A DNA stretch of 64,000 nt, taken from NCBI RefSeq assembly GCF_006345805.1, contig NC_043008.1:41726001-41790000 (forward strand). Reading direction: 5' to 3'. Both the position numbers and the translations under genes were made by a program. A model generated the notes under the pieces. The model was not told where the DNA came from and searched no databases. It saw nothing but the letters and a program-made list of their open reading frames with translations. This DNA comes from Octopus sinensis (lineage: Eukaryota). Positions 13,054-25,388 of the stretch are shown piece after piece. The first letter of the stretch is position 1. Each line of letters starts with the position of its first letter.

Positions 13054-13200
13054 CTGTTGTGTCTGGGGAGAGTCATTTTCTTTTTGTGCCTTATAAGTTA
13101 TTCTTATTTCTTATTTAATAAGAAATAAGTGGAAATTTTACCGGTGAGTGTTTTAAATTATAAGGCACAACAAGAAAATGACTCTCTCTAGACACAACAG
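13054..13200. repeat. 43-bp inverted repeat with an internal palindrome
   Basis: ctgttgtgtctggggagagtcattttctttttgtgccttataa (13054-13096) versus its reverse complement at 13158-13200, 3 mismatches. Confidence 0.85.
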
Positions 13201-14267
13201 TATATCAAAATATGACACTACCACATTCATATTATACATCGGAAAAGGTGCAAGTTTTAGGATCGGTTCTACCACTTTGACCATCGCACTTTGTAGGCAT
13301 GGATGTTGGAAATAGTTTCTGAAGTTTAATGTATCTGAATAGTGATTATAAGAAAGAAGAAATAGACGCAGCAATAACCCAGCATCAGATATTCCTAATC
13401 TTCTCATCAAGACATAAACACAGAGTATAGTCATGTCTATAGTTAAGCTTGCTGCACCGATTCTGTGATGCAATTAATTTGACACAATCGAGCCATCATA
13501 TTTTCCTTTTCAATGTGCCTGGCTACGAAGCTTCATATAAAAGAACCTATTTTCGTAAGAATAGATGACTGTTATATATTGCGTATTACCTTGACATTTC
13601 GGAAGAAGATGACGTTAGTGTAAACATGTATAAATTGACTTTTGACTTAAATGTATGAGACCAAACTTATTTTGAGTTTGCAGTTGGAAAGTTAAGTTGA
13701 TATCTCTTAAGTTATATAATGTCGGTGATGCAGAAAAAAATAATCCAGGCAACTTGGTTCGAATGTAGAGAGGAAAAGAAGATATGAATAAATGAATACA
13801 TATTTCGAAAACATAGCAATGACATTAAATGCCAGAAAAGCTTAAACCTGTGATTTATGATTTATCATAATACTATTATAATCCTGCTAAAGGATTCAAA
13901 AAAGGAGTCGATCCGTATGATAGACAATTGCCCATCTGTTGCATTTCTCTCCTTCTAAGAACTGTCGCATCTATTTTATCACACATCTGATCTCTTTGAA
14001 TTTACTAAATTTCACACATAGCTATCTCCTTCTCATTCCATGTCATTATTGTTTTCCATTTTGTATGTCGTTTTAGTACGATCGTTCGTCCTTAATTAGT
14101 CCTATGTTATGAACCGAACAGATAACCCGAATTATATCCACCGTTATCTTCTAACTTCCAAATGAGTATGAGATGAGAAGAACCTCAAATAAATGTACTG
14201 GCGCATAATAGCAAGCGTACACAATCATATATGTATGTATTAATGTATATATATATATATTATATAT

Positions 14268-14325
<58 letters not shown>

Positions 14326-14837
14326 TACATACATACATACATACATACATACATACATACATGTGTATGTATAAAATAAATATATATAATATATATATAT
14401 ATAATACATACCGTACTTACGTACATACATACATAGTGTTAGGGCTAAATTAAACGATGGTTTTTTTTTATATTCCTTCTTTGAGAAGCGGCTTGGTGCA
14501 TTGCTTAATAGTCAACGGCTTTGGAGAGCATGAATACTAAAGTTGTAGTTAAGAAAAATTTAGCTGGTATGGAAGACTGGAAGCCAACTGGATATCAACA
14601 AAGACTTACATCTATCATGATGATTTTTGCTCGGTATCAAAATGACAATATGATGACTGTAACGGAGACTACAAATCCGTGACCACGATGAATGTACACA
14701 ACATTTATTGCTGTGCACTTTTGTGTTTATAAAGACGTTTATATGCATATTGGCATATTATAAATATATATATATGTATGTATGTATTTATGTATGTATG
14801 TATGTATGTATGTATGTACGTATGTATGTATATGTAT

Positions 14838-14917
<80 letters not shown>

Positions 14918-15081
14918 AGAATAATCAGCCGAAATTGCGAAGATAATGTGGTACTTGACTGAGGAAAGAAAACTTCGAATGACCCGTCTTTGATTTCTTT
15001 CTATCGTCTATCTGGATGTTTTGTTGTCCCATTTTTATATCACCTAACTGTCCGGATGTTTTGCATTCTTGTCCCATTTTG

Positions 15082-15157
<76 letters not shown>

Positions 15158-15898
15158 AGAAGTGTTCGTAGGTCACTAATTATAATGACATGGAGTTGAA
15201 AAAAGAACAATAAGATTTGAATGTTGAAAAAGCGACGATTTATTCCTCTTTACATTAATTTATAATATAATAATATTTATAATAGAAGATTGCCAAAAGG
15301 AATGATGTTCATACTACAGTCAGCAACAAAGATTGAAATGACTTCATTTCTGCTGGATCTGATGGCGTGGCTGTGGTCGGCAGTCTGTTGCTGCAACGAA
15401 GTAAACGGGCGACGATTGGTTGAAGAAGGCTGTGAAACTGGCTGGTGTCTGGACAATGGCGGCTTATCCAGAAACCTAGAGCGGCAGAAACTCGTGTTTC
15501 TATAAACATGGTAGGTTCCCCAGGCAAGAATTAATTTTCTCGCGTTAGGAGAAAATGCACATGCTATATATGCATATGCTCACTCACACTCGCGTGAAAC
15601 ACATGCATGTACATCCACATATATACGCAACCATACACATGTAAACATATACATACTCGCACACACGCACATACACACACACACGTATTTATGCCCATGT
15701 GCGCACAAATATGTTCATATACACATCTATATATGCACATGCACAAGAAAAATGCAGGGTGAAATGTAATATACCGAAAAATATGTAAAAATAGATATAA
15801 AAATATGTAAAAAGTATACATATAAAATATATAAAGATAAAATGCTTGTAAGTGGACACAAAATAAAATTCAGGTTCTATCTGTGGTCTTTGGGGGAA

Positions 15899-17990
15899 TC
15901 AAAAACGTAACAAATATTTAGCAATATGCGGACATGATCCAAAAAGTTCAGTTCTTGAATTTAGACATGTAGCGGGATCTAAGCTGCTTTTCCAGATGAG
16001 CTATCTTTCCATGTCACAAAGACTGCACTTTCCAATGCCGTTGGTGTCAGGCTTACACTTGGCTAAGATCTCCCAATGGATGTTGTAATTAACACCTTTT
16101 TCTTTTAAGCACTATATATGACTGGATAATTTGATTGTTTTTCTTTTATCCCAGTATCTGAAGCTCAAGGGGTGATTGCTGAACCTGGCTTTAAAGTTCC
16201 CCTCTGTGAGACCCACATACTTCCTTGACGAAAGTATGTCCTTAGTGGTTGTTGAGTCTACGGTGGCTTCATAAATGATGGTCTCGGTCATGCAAGCTCC
16301 ATTTAGCGGGCTCAATTTGTTATCCTTGCATGAACACTTGGTTTCATTCTGTTGTTTTTGTGTATTGTGTGCGATTATATTTTTAAAATTAGTAGTTGAC
16401 CTAAAACTGATTTTTAAGTTATGTCTATTGAAGAGCTTTCTGTAACTATGATTGATTGGAAAATGTCTATCTATAAGTGCTAAGAAATATTTAACCTATA
16501 TTAAAGGTAACTTCGGTGGAATAAAGGGCTGTGAACCAGATAGTTTTCCTATTCCTGTGTTTCTTTTTCTTTATTATTGAACTGGTAACATGTGTATAGG
16601 TTATTTCCTCGCTAAATCCACTATCTTATAGAGCATTATTATATACTGAGGCAACACTATTAAAAATGTCCCTATCGGAGGGGAGGCAAGAAATTCTTTT
16701 GATAATGTCTTTAAATAAATTTTTAAACACTATAGGGAGATGAGAGGAACCTATATTAATATAACTAAGTCTATCGTTGGAATCCCTAGAAGGCTTGTAA
16801 ATATTATTATTTAAATCTGAGGATACATCCAGGAAATTGACAACCGTCAGGTTGGTATCTGTAATTATGCTAAAGCTGAAAGTTTTCATCATTTTCACCG
16901 ATCTTGTGCTGGTCCGTTGGTATTTGTGGTTAAAGCTAGGGCAGGGCATCATCTTTGTAAATGGCGAAATATACGTCAGGAAAAGTATTGCCCAACGCAT
17001 CGAGTAAGAATACTCCAATGAGATCGCATATGCCTGCTCCATCATATGACCCCATGCTCACATCGAAAGCACCCTCTGTATCATCGATAGTCTTGACCCA
17101 CTCTGTGTTCTCGCGGAAGAGTAACGTCTTTCTAGCATGAAAGACTATACTCTTTACTCTTTACTCTTTACTCTTTTACTTGTTTCAGTCATTTGACTGC
17201 GGCCATGCTGGAGCACCGCCTTTAGTCGAGCAACTCGACCCCGGGACTTATTCTTTTTGTAAGCCCAGTACTTATTCTATCGGTCTCTTTTTGCCGAACC
17301 GCTAAGTGACGGTTGTCAAGCAATGCTAGGGGGACAAATACAGACACACAAACACACACACATATATATATATACATATATACGACAGGCTTCTTTCAGT
17401 TTCCGTCTACCAAATCCACTCACAATGCATTGGTCGGCCCGGGGCTATAGCAGAAGACACTTGCCCAAGATGCCACGCAGTGGGACTGAACCCGGAAGCA
17501 TATGGTTGGTTAGCAAGCTACTTACCACACAGCCACTCCTGCGCCTTATGTCCTTATCTTGTGTACAAACTTCTATAAATTCGCTTGCGAAGGTGAGCGC
17601 TTTATCTAGCAGTTCCTTAGAGATAGAGGCATAGAAATCGACAATATCGAATTGTGTATATCTCAATTTATTCTTATTCCTAATGGCTTTAAACCAATCA
17701 ACAACTTCTTTACTATTGGAGCATTGTACTAACCTAGTAGCATTTCGGACTTTCGCATTGATTTTTCCTAAAATTTCTTAACTAATAATACAGATTTCTG
17801 ATTGAGCTGGGTTAATAAGGCTACATTTAGGATTAGACAGGAAGTTCTTTTTATGTTCTTTAATACTTATAAAGATGTCTTTTTATTGGAAGGACCTCTA
17901 TTATTTTATCTAATTTAATTTCGTTATACATCTGTGGCTAAGCTTTGGTGTAATTATTAATGATGCTGTTGAGTGGGAGCTGTGAATGAA
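15899..17990 (-). mobile_element. Decayed Penelope-like retroelement (RT + GIY-YIG endonuclease), 5'-truncated, interrupted by a SINE
   Basis: Minus-strand translation gives IFISIKEHKKNFLSNPKCSLINPAQSEI, WFKAIRNK..YTQFDIVDFYASI, FDVSMGSYDGAGICDLIG, IYKDDAL, VNFLDV, then IIYEATV..KYVGLTEGNFKARFSNH and CSLC..LNSRTELFGSCPH. Multiple stops and frameshifts. Confidence 0.92.
17149..17546 (-). mobile_element. tRNA-derived SINE, family A, inserted in the Penelope RT ORF
   Basis: Full head (aggcgcaggagtggctgtgtggtaagtagc) and (gagtaaa)n tail; TAT duplicated at 17146-17148 and 17547-17549. Confidence 0.92.
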
Positions 17991-18054
17991 AAACGACACT
18001 TTTTTCTGATAAAACCAATAACTTATACCTTGTAGAAAACAGCACATATTCACG

Positions 18055-18125
18055 ACTCCTACACAGTGGGACTGAACTCGGGGCCATGTGGTTGGGAAGC
18101 AAGCTTCTTACCACACAGCCACTTG
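18055..18125 (-). mobile_element. SINE family A head fragment
   Basis: cagtgggactgaactcgg...cttaccacacagccac matches the family A tRNA-like head. Confidence 0.7.
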
Positions 18126-18494
18126 TGTATATGGATAGATATATATAGATAGATGTGTGGGGGTATACAATGTTTGTGTGTGCTTCTATACAGTGTTACT
18201 TGTGTATGAGTTTGTACGCAGTGTGTGTGTTTTTTATGAATGGATTGTCATCAGCCGTTAAAATCGTCCATATAATTTTACGTCCAAATTTAGATACATT
18301 AATATATTATAAGCTAATTAACTATAATATGAAATACCATAATTTAATAAAGTATGTAATATAGAGTATAGAAAAAATACATAATTTAATAATTTGAAAT
18401 GTGGTTTAATAAAACTGTGCTATATGATATCTATTTACCTTCCATTACCGGAGTTTTACTACCTGTCTGCGTTAAGACGATAAATGGAAGATAT

Positions 18495-18683
18495 TAATGT
18501 ATATATATATATATATATATTAATATATATAATATATATATATATATATACACATATATATATACACACACATATATACATATATATATATATATAGATA
18601 TACATATATATATATATATATGTATACACATTCATATATATAGATATAATTATATATAACATATATATATATACATATATATA

Positions 18684-18753
<70 letters not shown>

Positions 18754-18797
18754 TATATACATACATATATATATATATATTATATATATATATATAT

Positions 18798-18830
<33 letters not shown>

Positions 18831-18977
18831 ATACACATATATATATACACATACACATATATAGATATATATATAATATATATATATATATGTATACACA
18901 TTCTATATATAGATATAATTATATATACATATATATATATACATATATAATATATATACATATATATAATATATATA

Positions 18978-19052
<75 letters not shown>

Positions 19053-19068
19053 ATATATATATATATAT

Positions 19069-19105
<37 letters not shown>

Positions 19106-19108
19106 TAT
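18495..19108. repeat. (TA)n-rich field with an internal ~270-bp imperfect duplication
   Basis: Motif tatacacatt(c)atatatagatataattatata occurs at ~18622 and ~18893 inside TA repeats. Confidence 0.8.
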
Positions 19109-19560
19109 AAAAGTTTATTTGCCAGCGTACGGTGGGCGTCCTACGTAGAAGTATGTTACTACTTTTTAACCCCAGGAAATCAGCTTTTCCGGTTGGTTAT
19201 CGATACACGATCTGTGTCTGGAATATACTCTGGAGCAAGGGAGTGTATTACTCCCCTCTAGCTATTAGCAGTACCAGCAGACCAATGGTTTCTGGATTAA
19301 TTCTCACCCTCGGTACTGGATAACTACCGGCTAGAGATGGTAGTCACTCGACCTTACTCACAATACCTAAACAGAGAAGTGACAGACAGTCATTGATTTC
19401 GTATGAAGCAAAACAGCTAGTTTTAAAATCTCCAAATGTGAGTGCGATATAACTAATGTCAATACTGAACAGTAAAGTTTATTTGCCAACGTAGCCGTCA
19501 TACGAATATACATGAATACATACATGCATATATATATATATATATATATATACACGCATA

Positions 19561-19945
19561 TTCTTTTATTCTTTTGTTTCAGTCAATTGACTGCGGCCAT
19601 GCTGGGCCACCACCATTTTAGTCGAATCAATAGATCCAGATCATATTCTTTGTAAGCCTAGTACTTATTCTATCGGTCTTTTTGCCGAACCTCTATGATA
19701 AGGGGACGTAAACACAGCAGCATCGGTTGTAAAGCGATTGTGGGGAGACAGACACACAAACACACACACATATATACATATATACGACGGGCTACTTTCA
19801 GTTTCCGTTTACCAAATCCACTCACAAGAATTTGGTCGGCCAGATACTATAGTAGAAGACATTTGCCCAAGGTGCCACACAATGGGACTGAACCCTGAAC
19901 CATGTGGTTGGTAAGCAAGCTACTAACCACACAGCCACAGCCATT
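19561..19945 (-). mobile_element. tRNA-derived SINE, family A
   Basis: Same blocks as the 17149-17546 copy, including the internal CA/TA microsatellite. Confidence 0.88.
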
Positions 19946-20659
19946 ATATATATACATATATATATATATATTAACTTTTATATACATATATATTACATAT
20001 ATATATATACATATATATATACATATATATATATATATACGTATACGTATATATACATATATATATATATGTATACATTTATATATATATATATATATAT
20101 ATATACATAGTTATATATACATAGATATATATATTCATATATACATATATATATAGAGATAGATATATATGAGCATATCTATGTATGCAACTATATGCAT
20201 GAGAATACATAGATAAATCATACACATCCGCACATATATGCATACATACGAAAATACTCTGTTGTGGATGTTGAATTTCCAGGAACCTTGGATCTTGGTT
20301 AGAAAGAGCTTCTTTCTCTATTGGCAAGACATTTTGAAATATACTGTATAATGACACACACACATACATACATACATACATACATACATACATACATACA
20401 TACATACATTCATATCTATATATATATGTGTGTGTGTGCGTGTGTGTGTATATATATATATATATAGATATACATACACACACTCACACATACACCATCG
20501 ACACTCCTTTGCAAATTGCAGAATATTAGTCGTTTCGGAGCTAAAGTAGAAAGCCTTTGTCTATTGCCGCCAGTTAGCAGTATTGAACCCAAGCCACGTC
20601 CTCAGAAAGCGAGCTTCTTAGCCACTCATTCATGCCTATAAACATACACAGTCTCCCAC

Positions 20660-20809
20660 TTTATCATACACACACATGCACATATGTATGTATGTATGTA
20701 TGTATGCATGTATGTATGTATGTCTGTATGTATATATGTATATATGCATATATGTATGTATGTTTGTATGTATGTATGTTTGTATGTATGTTTGTATGTA
20801 TGTATGCAC

Positions 20810-20840
<31 letters not shown>

Positions 20841-20850
20841 TGTATATAAC
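20660..20850. repeat. (TATG)n tetranucleotide microsatellite
   Basis: Direct inspection. Confidence 0.9.
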
Positions 20851-22039
20851 GTTGTATACATACGAAGAAACAAACGTTTCCAAAGGCAACACCTACACTC
20901 TTATCAACAGGAAGAGTTCATTTAACGCCGATTCCGTTTAAATTTGTATCACATTTTTCTCCCTAATACCCAGGTTGCTACTCGATGTCTCCTCAATTGT
21001 TATTTTGTCTCTGTGCTGTTTGTTTATTTTTCTTGTTCTTTTAAATTGAACAAAAATAAATTGTGAATTATTAGTCCCATTTTGTATCGGTTTCCACGAA
21101 TGCTACCATTTTGTCTCCATTTAATTCGCCATCCTTTCTCAACGGGAAAAAAAATTGTTTTCTCATATTTCCGTTAATCATATTAATATCATTTTTACTC
21201 AATATTTCATTATTTATCTGTTTGGTTGATAGAGTTAGTTGGCGGATAACATTAGATTGATTTTATTTTTCCTAGTTTTTTTTTTTTTGAGGGGGATGTG
21301 TGCATCTTTTCTTGTTATTTTTTTGTTTTTGTTTGTTTTGTTATTGTTTTTTTTTCCTCTTGGTATTGGTTGCAGATTCAACAATAAATCATTGGTCAAA
21401 TCTATTCTGGTGCTAGCCGATATTAAGTAACTAATTAGAACTATTAACAACAGCGTATTGTATAGTCTGGGATATATATTTGTGTTTGACGTTATATATC
21501 ACTGTCTGCGTATGTGTGTCTATATAACGGTTAATTCTATGTAATGTTGAGTGTTTTTGCGTGTATGTGTATATATGTGTTCGTGTGTCTAGATGCTTGT
21601 ATATGTCTATGTGCGTATGTGCATTTCTGTGTATGTGTCTGTGGATGTGTGCATGCTTGTGTGTCTGTGGATGTATGTCAGTGTCTGTGCTTGTATGCTT
21701 GAGTGTGTGTCTTCAAATTTTGTTTGGTTAAATGAACCGAGTGACTGGATATGACAATACGCGTTCTTCAGATCGAACAACAGACACAAATACTGCTTTA
21801 TTATTATTGCTGTGTTGCTGCTGTTGTTATTGGTGGTGGTATTATTATTATTACTGTTGTTGTTGTTATTGTTGTTTTTTTTGTTGTTGATATTGTGACT
21901 GTTCTTAATATTTATCAACACCGTTTTCATCATCATCATCATCGTCATCATTATCATTACCTTCAGCATTGTCATTACAATAGAAACCAATAATTTGCAA
22001 ATAGAAACCGTTTTGAGAAGCAGGAGGCTCATAATGAGG

Positions 22040-22540
22040 AGGAGGTTGGTTTTTAGGAGGAGTAGGGGGAAGGAGAGATTGAAAAGGAGGATGGAAGGCG
22101 GAGGAGGGGAGGATGCGGATGAAGAAGAAGAGGTGGATGAGGAGGAATAAGAAGAGGGGGTTAGGAGGAAGAAGAGGAAAATGAGGTGGAAGAAGAGGAA
22201 ATGAGGAAGAAGAGAAATGAGGAGGAAGAAGAGAAATGAGGAGGAAGAGAAATGAGGAGGAAGAAGAGAAATGAGGAGGAACAAGTGGAAATGAGGAAGA
22301 AGAAGAGGAATTGGGGAGGAAGAAGATGAAATGAGGAGGAAGAAGAGGAAATGGGGAGGAAGAAGATGAAATGAGGAGGAGGAGGAAGAAGATGAAATGA
22401 GGAGGAGGGAGAAGAGGAGGAGGAGAAGGAAGAAGAGGGAGGGGAGTGGGAGGGGGGGAAGAAGTGGAGGAGAGGAGGGGAGGAGGGGGAAGAGGAGGAA
22501 GAAGGGGGAGGAAGGCGTGGAAGAGGAAAGAAGAGGAGGC
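22040..22540. repeat. Polypurine (GAG/GAA) tract with gaggaagaagagaaat-type minisatellite units
   Basis: About 500 nt almost devoid of pyrimidines on the + strand, with a repeated aaatgaggaggaag unit. Confidence 0.9.
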
Positions 22541-22685
22541 TGTCGATGACGACAACAACGAATATGATGCCGACAGCGATGATGACCACGAGGATTTTGA
22601 AGACGTTATTTCGTATTGTTATTATCCTTTGTCTACTGGTTCTTCTTCATCCTCATCCCCACCACCATCATCATCATCATCATCA

Positions 22686-22731
<46 letters not shown>

Positions 22732-23317
22732 CTCTTCATTCCGGTTAGTCTTGTCGTTGTTGTTCTAGTTATTAATAAGAACGAATTCTGCTACATTATA
22801 AAAGGTCAAAAAGTTTAAATCATAAATTTCTTCGCATGTCAGAAATGTATTCCATATATGAGTTATGAAGCATGTGTCTCGGTGTCCTATATTGTGTTAT
22901 TTTCATGAAAATTAAATCCGACGGTGTTTAATATATTTGCTTTCTGTTTGTGCACATTTTTTTGTTATTTTCTGTTTCTTATTTTTATTTTGTTTGTGTT
23001 GTTTTCTTTTGTCTTGTGTTATTTTTTTTAATGCTTATTTGTTTCTTTTACTGTTTGAGGGTCATTTCATTTCAGCTAAAACATGGCGGAAAAAACACAG
23101 TTAATTTTCATTTCTGATTATATTCATGATTTGTTTTTGTTTTGTTATTGTGAAATTATCACATATCACTATTATCCAACCGTGAACAAGTTTTTGTCAG
23201 ATTAGTCGGCTAGCTGTTGAAGATATTGAATTATGGATGTGTTATTTCCATACAAAATGGCAGCTAGTTGAATGGTTAGAAGAACTCCACACAATCACTC
23301 GCTACATAGAGCAGAAA

Positions 23318-24005
23318 AGGCGCACGGCATAGTGGTTAGGTCATTCCGCTTACCACCGTAAGGCCATGAGTTCGATTCCCGGTGGCGCGTTTTATCCTTG
23401 AACAAGACACTTTATTTTACATTACTGTAGTTCACTCCGCTTACCAAACTAAATAATACCTGTAATTCAAAGGGTCGCACATGCTCCATTCTTTGTCAAG
23501 CTGAATCTCTCTGAGAATTCGTCACACTCCGTCTGTTACGACGACGAAGGTTTCAGTTGATCCGATTAACGGAACAGCCTGCTCGTGAAATTAACATGTA
23601 AGTGGCTGAGCTCTCCACAGACACGTGTACCCTTAATGTAGTTCTCGGGGAGATTCAGTGTGACACAGAGTGTGATGAGGCTGGCCCTTTAAAATACAGG
23701 TACAACAGAAACAGGAAGAAAGAGTGAGAGAAAGTTATGGTGAAAGAGTACAGCAGGGCTCGCCACACACCCCTGCCGAACGTTCGTGGAGCTTTAGATG
23801 TTTTCACTCATAACACCCGGTCGAAACCGCGATTCTACGACCACGACTCCGCAGCCCTAAGCACTGAGCCATTGCGCCCTCACCCTTTTGAACTCATGTA
23901 CGCTTGTCTGTAGAATGCTCAGCCACATGCACGTTAATTTCACGAGCAGGCTGTTCCGTTAATTGGTTCGACTGGAAAATCCGTCGAAGTAACTGACTGA
24001 GTCCC
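23318..24005 (+). mobile_element. tRNA-derived SINE, family C (conserved central domain), split by a nested copy
   Basis: A-box-like tagtggttagg and B box gagttcgattccc; the body stops at ~23520 and resumes at ~23898 (gtacgcttgtctgtagaatgctcagcc...gcaggctgttccg). Confidence 0.75.
23521..23880 (-). mobile_element. tRNA-derived SINE, family C, nested in opposite orientation
   Basis: Head (reverse complement agggcgcaatggctcagtgcttaggg...ggtttcgacc) at ~23820-23880; domain ggaacagcctgctcgtgaaattaac at ~23570. Confidence 0.75.
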
Positions 24006-24397
24006 TCTTAGTGGTATGGAATGGAACTAGAAGTGCGAATATTGCACATATTGACCTCCGTAATATTTCACCGGAATGACCTTGTTCATTCCGTGACATG
24101 ACATTTCCAGTTAAATCGATAATAGTAATAATAATACTAATCATACTAATACTAATTATACTAATACTACAGTATAAAGTACACAATCGAAGTGGATTTT
24201 CATATTTTTCTAGAATAGATATTGTCGGACATGGTTGAATTTATAGGTTGGTGGGTAAGCGACCGACACGTTCGCAGTTCACTTCATAACAGGGTACTGA
24301 GTTAGGTCGGCGATATTTTAAGTACCACTTATGAGTAATCAATAAATAATATCTATATATCACTTATATAGCTCTATCAGTATGTGTCTATATATAA

Positions 24398-24434
<37 letters not shown>

Positions 24435-24453
24435 AACATAGATAGATAGTTAT

Positions 24454-24454
<1 letters not shown>

Positions 24455-24536
<82 letters not shown>

Positions 24537-24538
24537 AT
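24455..24538. repeat. (TAGT)n microsatellite
   Basis: Direct inspection. Confidence 0.9.
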
Positions 24539-24770
24539 AGATACTTATCTAAATGGACTCATAGGTAGAAATCGACAAGAGAGTCACCTATCGTATTTCT
24601 AGGTATTTAAGCATGTGTGCATGTGGGTATGTATACTGTGCAGGATATTGGATTTCTATATCACACAGCAATTTCACTGTACTCATTTGATAGATTTTGC
24701 TTAATGACACAAGTCTCCCTTAGGCAGACCAACACCTATCCATTTGGAGTTTATTTCATATATATATATA

Positions 24771-25306
24771 CAGGGTGTCCCAAAAAAATGTATACACACC
24801 TTAAATAATTGTAAATTTGGGGTTTATTATAATTCGAATAATTTTCAACATGTAAAAGAATTTACAAATATCATTCTATTGTCTTGTTATCGCATGTTCT
24901 CAAACTGATGTCCGTTCTGCTCCAGACACTGCTGACAACGCGAAGCGATGGAATGGCACACATCATGGAACAATTCCCTTGGGATATTCGTACATTCATG
25001 TTCAATGGTTGCCCTCAATTGAACGACTGTTGCAGGTTTCTGTGCGTAGACTTTGTCCTTTAGGTATCCCCATAAAAAGAAGTCTAGTGGTGTGAGGTCT
25101 GGTGAACGTGGAGGGTATTCGACAAAACCTCTCCGTCCAATCCACCTGTTTGGCAAGATCCCATCAAGAAAGGATCTAACATCGCGATGGTACTGTGGAG
25201 GTGCCCCATCTTGCTGGAAATAAAACTCTTCCTGTTCAAAGTCCTCTCTAATGATTGGCATGACAGACTGTTGCAGCAAGTGTATACATTTTTTTGGGAC
25301 ACCCTG
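24771..25306 (-). mobile_element. Tc1/mariner-superfamily DD41D (rosa/Visitor-type) internal-deletion derivative
   Basis: Perfect 27-bp TIRs CAGGGTGTCCCAAAAAAATGTATACAC with TA on both sides. The uninterrupted transposase C-terminus FQQDGAP...SPDLTPLDFFLWGYLK has 41 residues between the second and third catalytic D. Confidence 0.95.
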
Positions 25307-25316
25307 TATATATATA

Positions 25317-25388
<72 letters not shown>

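Noticed and set aside
14950-14990. ctgaggaaagaaaacttcgaat hammerhead-like string
   Set aside because: Helices I and III cannot be formed; at best a heavily decayed relic.
15290-15530. GC-richer segment with 71-72 aa ORFs on both strands
   Set aside because: No recognisable domain or convincing splice pair; cannot be told apart from an unclassified repeat.
17323-17634. Recurrent ORFs containing RRASFSFRLPNPLTR...GTEPGTMW (also ~19695, 39127, 40567, 42885, 43878, 51259)
   Set aside because: These are antisense translations of SINE family A, not a protein family.
20240-20345. Short repeat shared loosely with ~25500-25580 and ~32345-32415
   Set aside because: Too degenerate to classify or to support a structural claim.
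21607-22818. Ser/Pro/Leu-rich ORFs up to 225 aa
   Set aside because: They derive from the homopurine tract and triplet arrays, with no splice or codon evidence.
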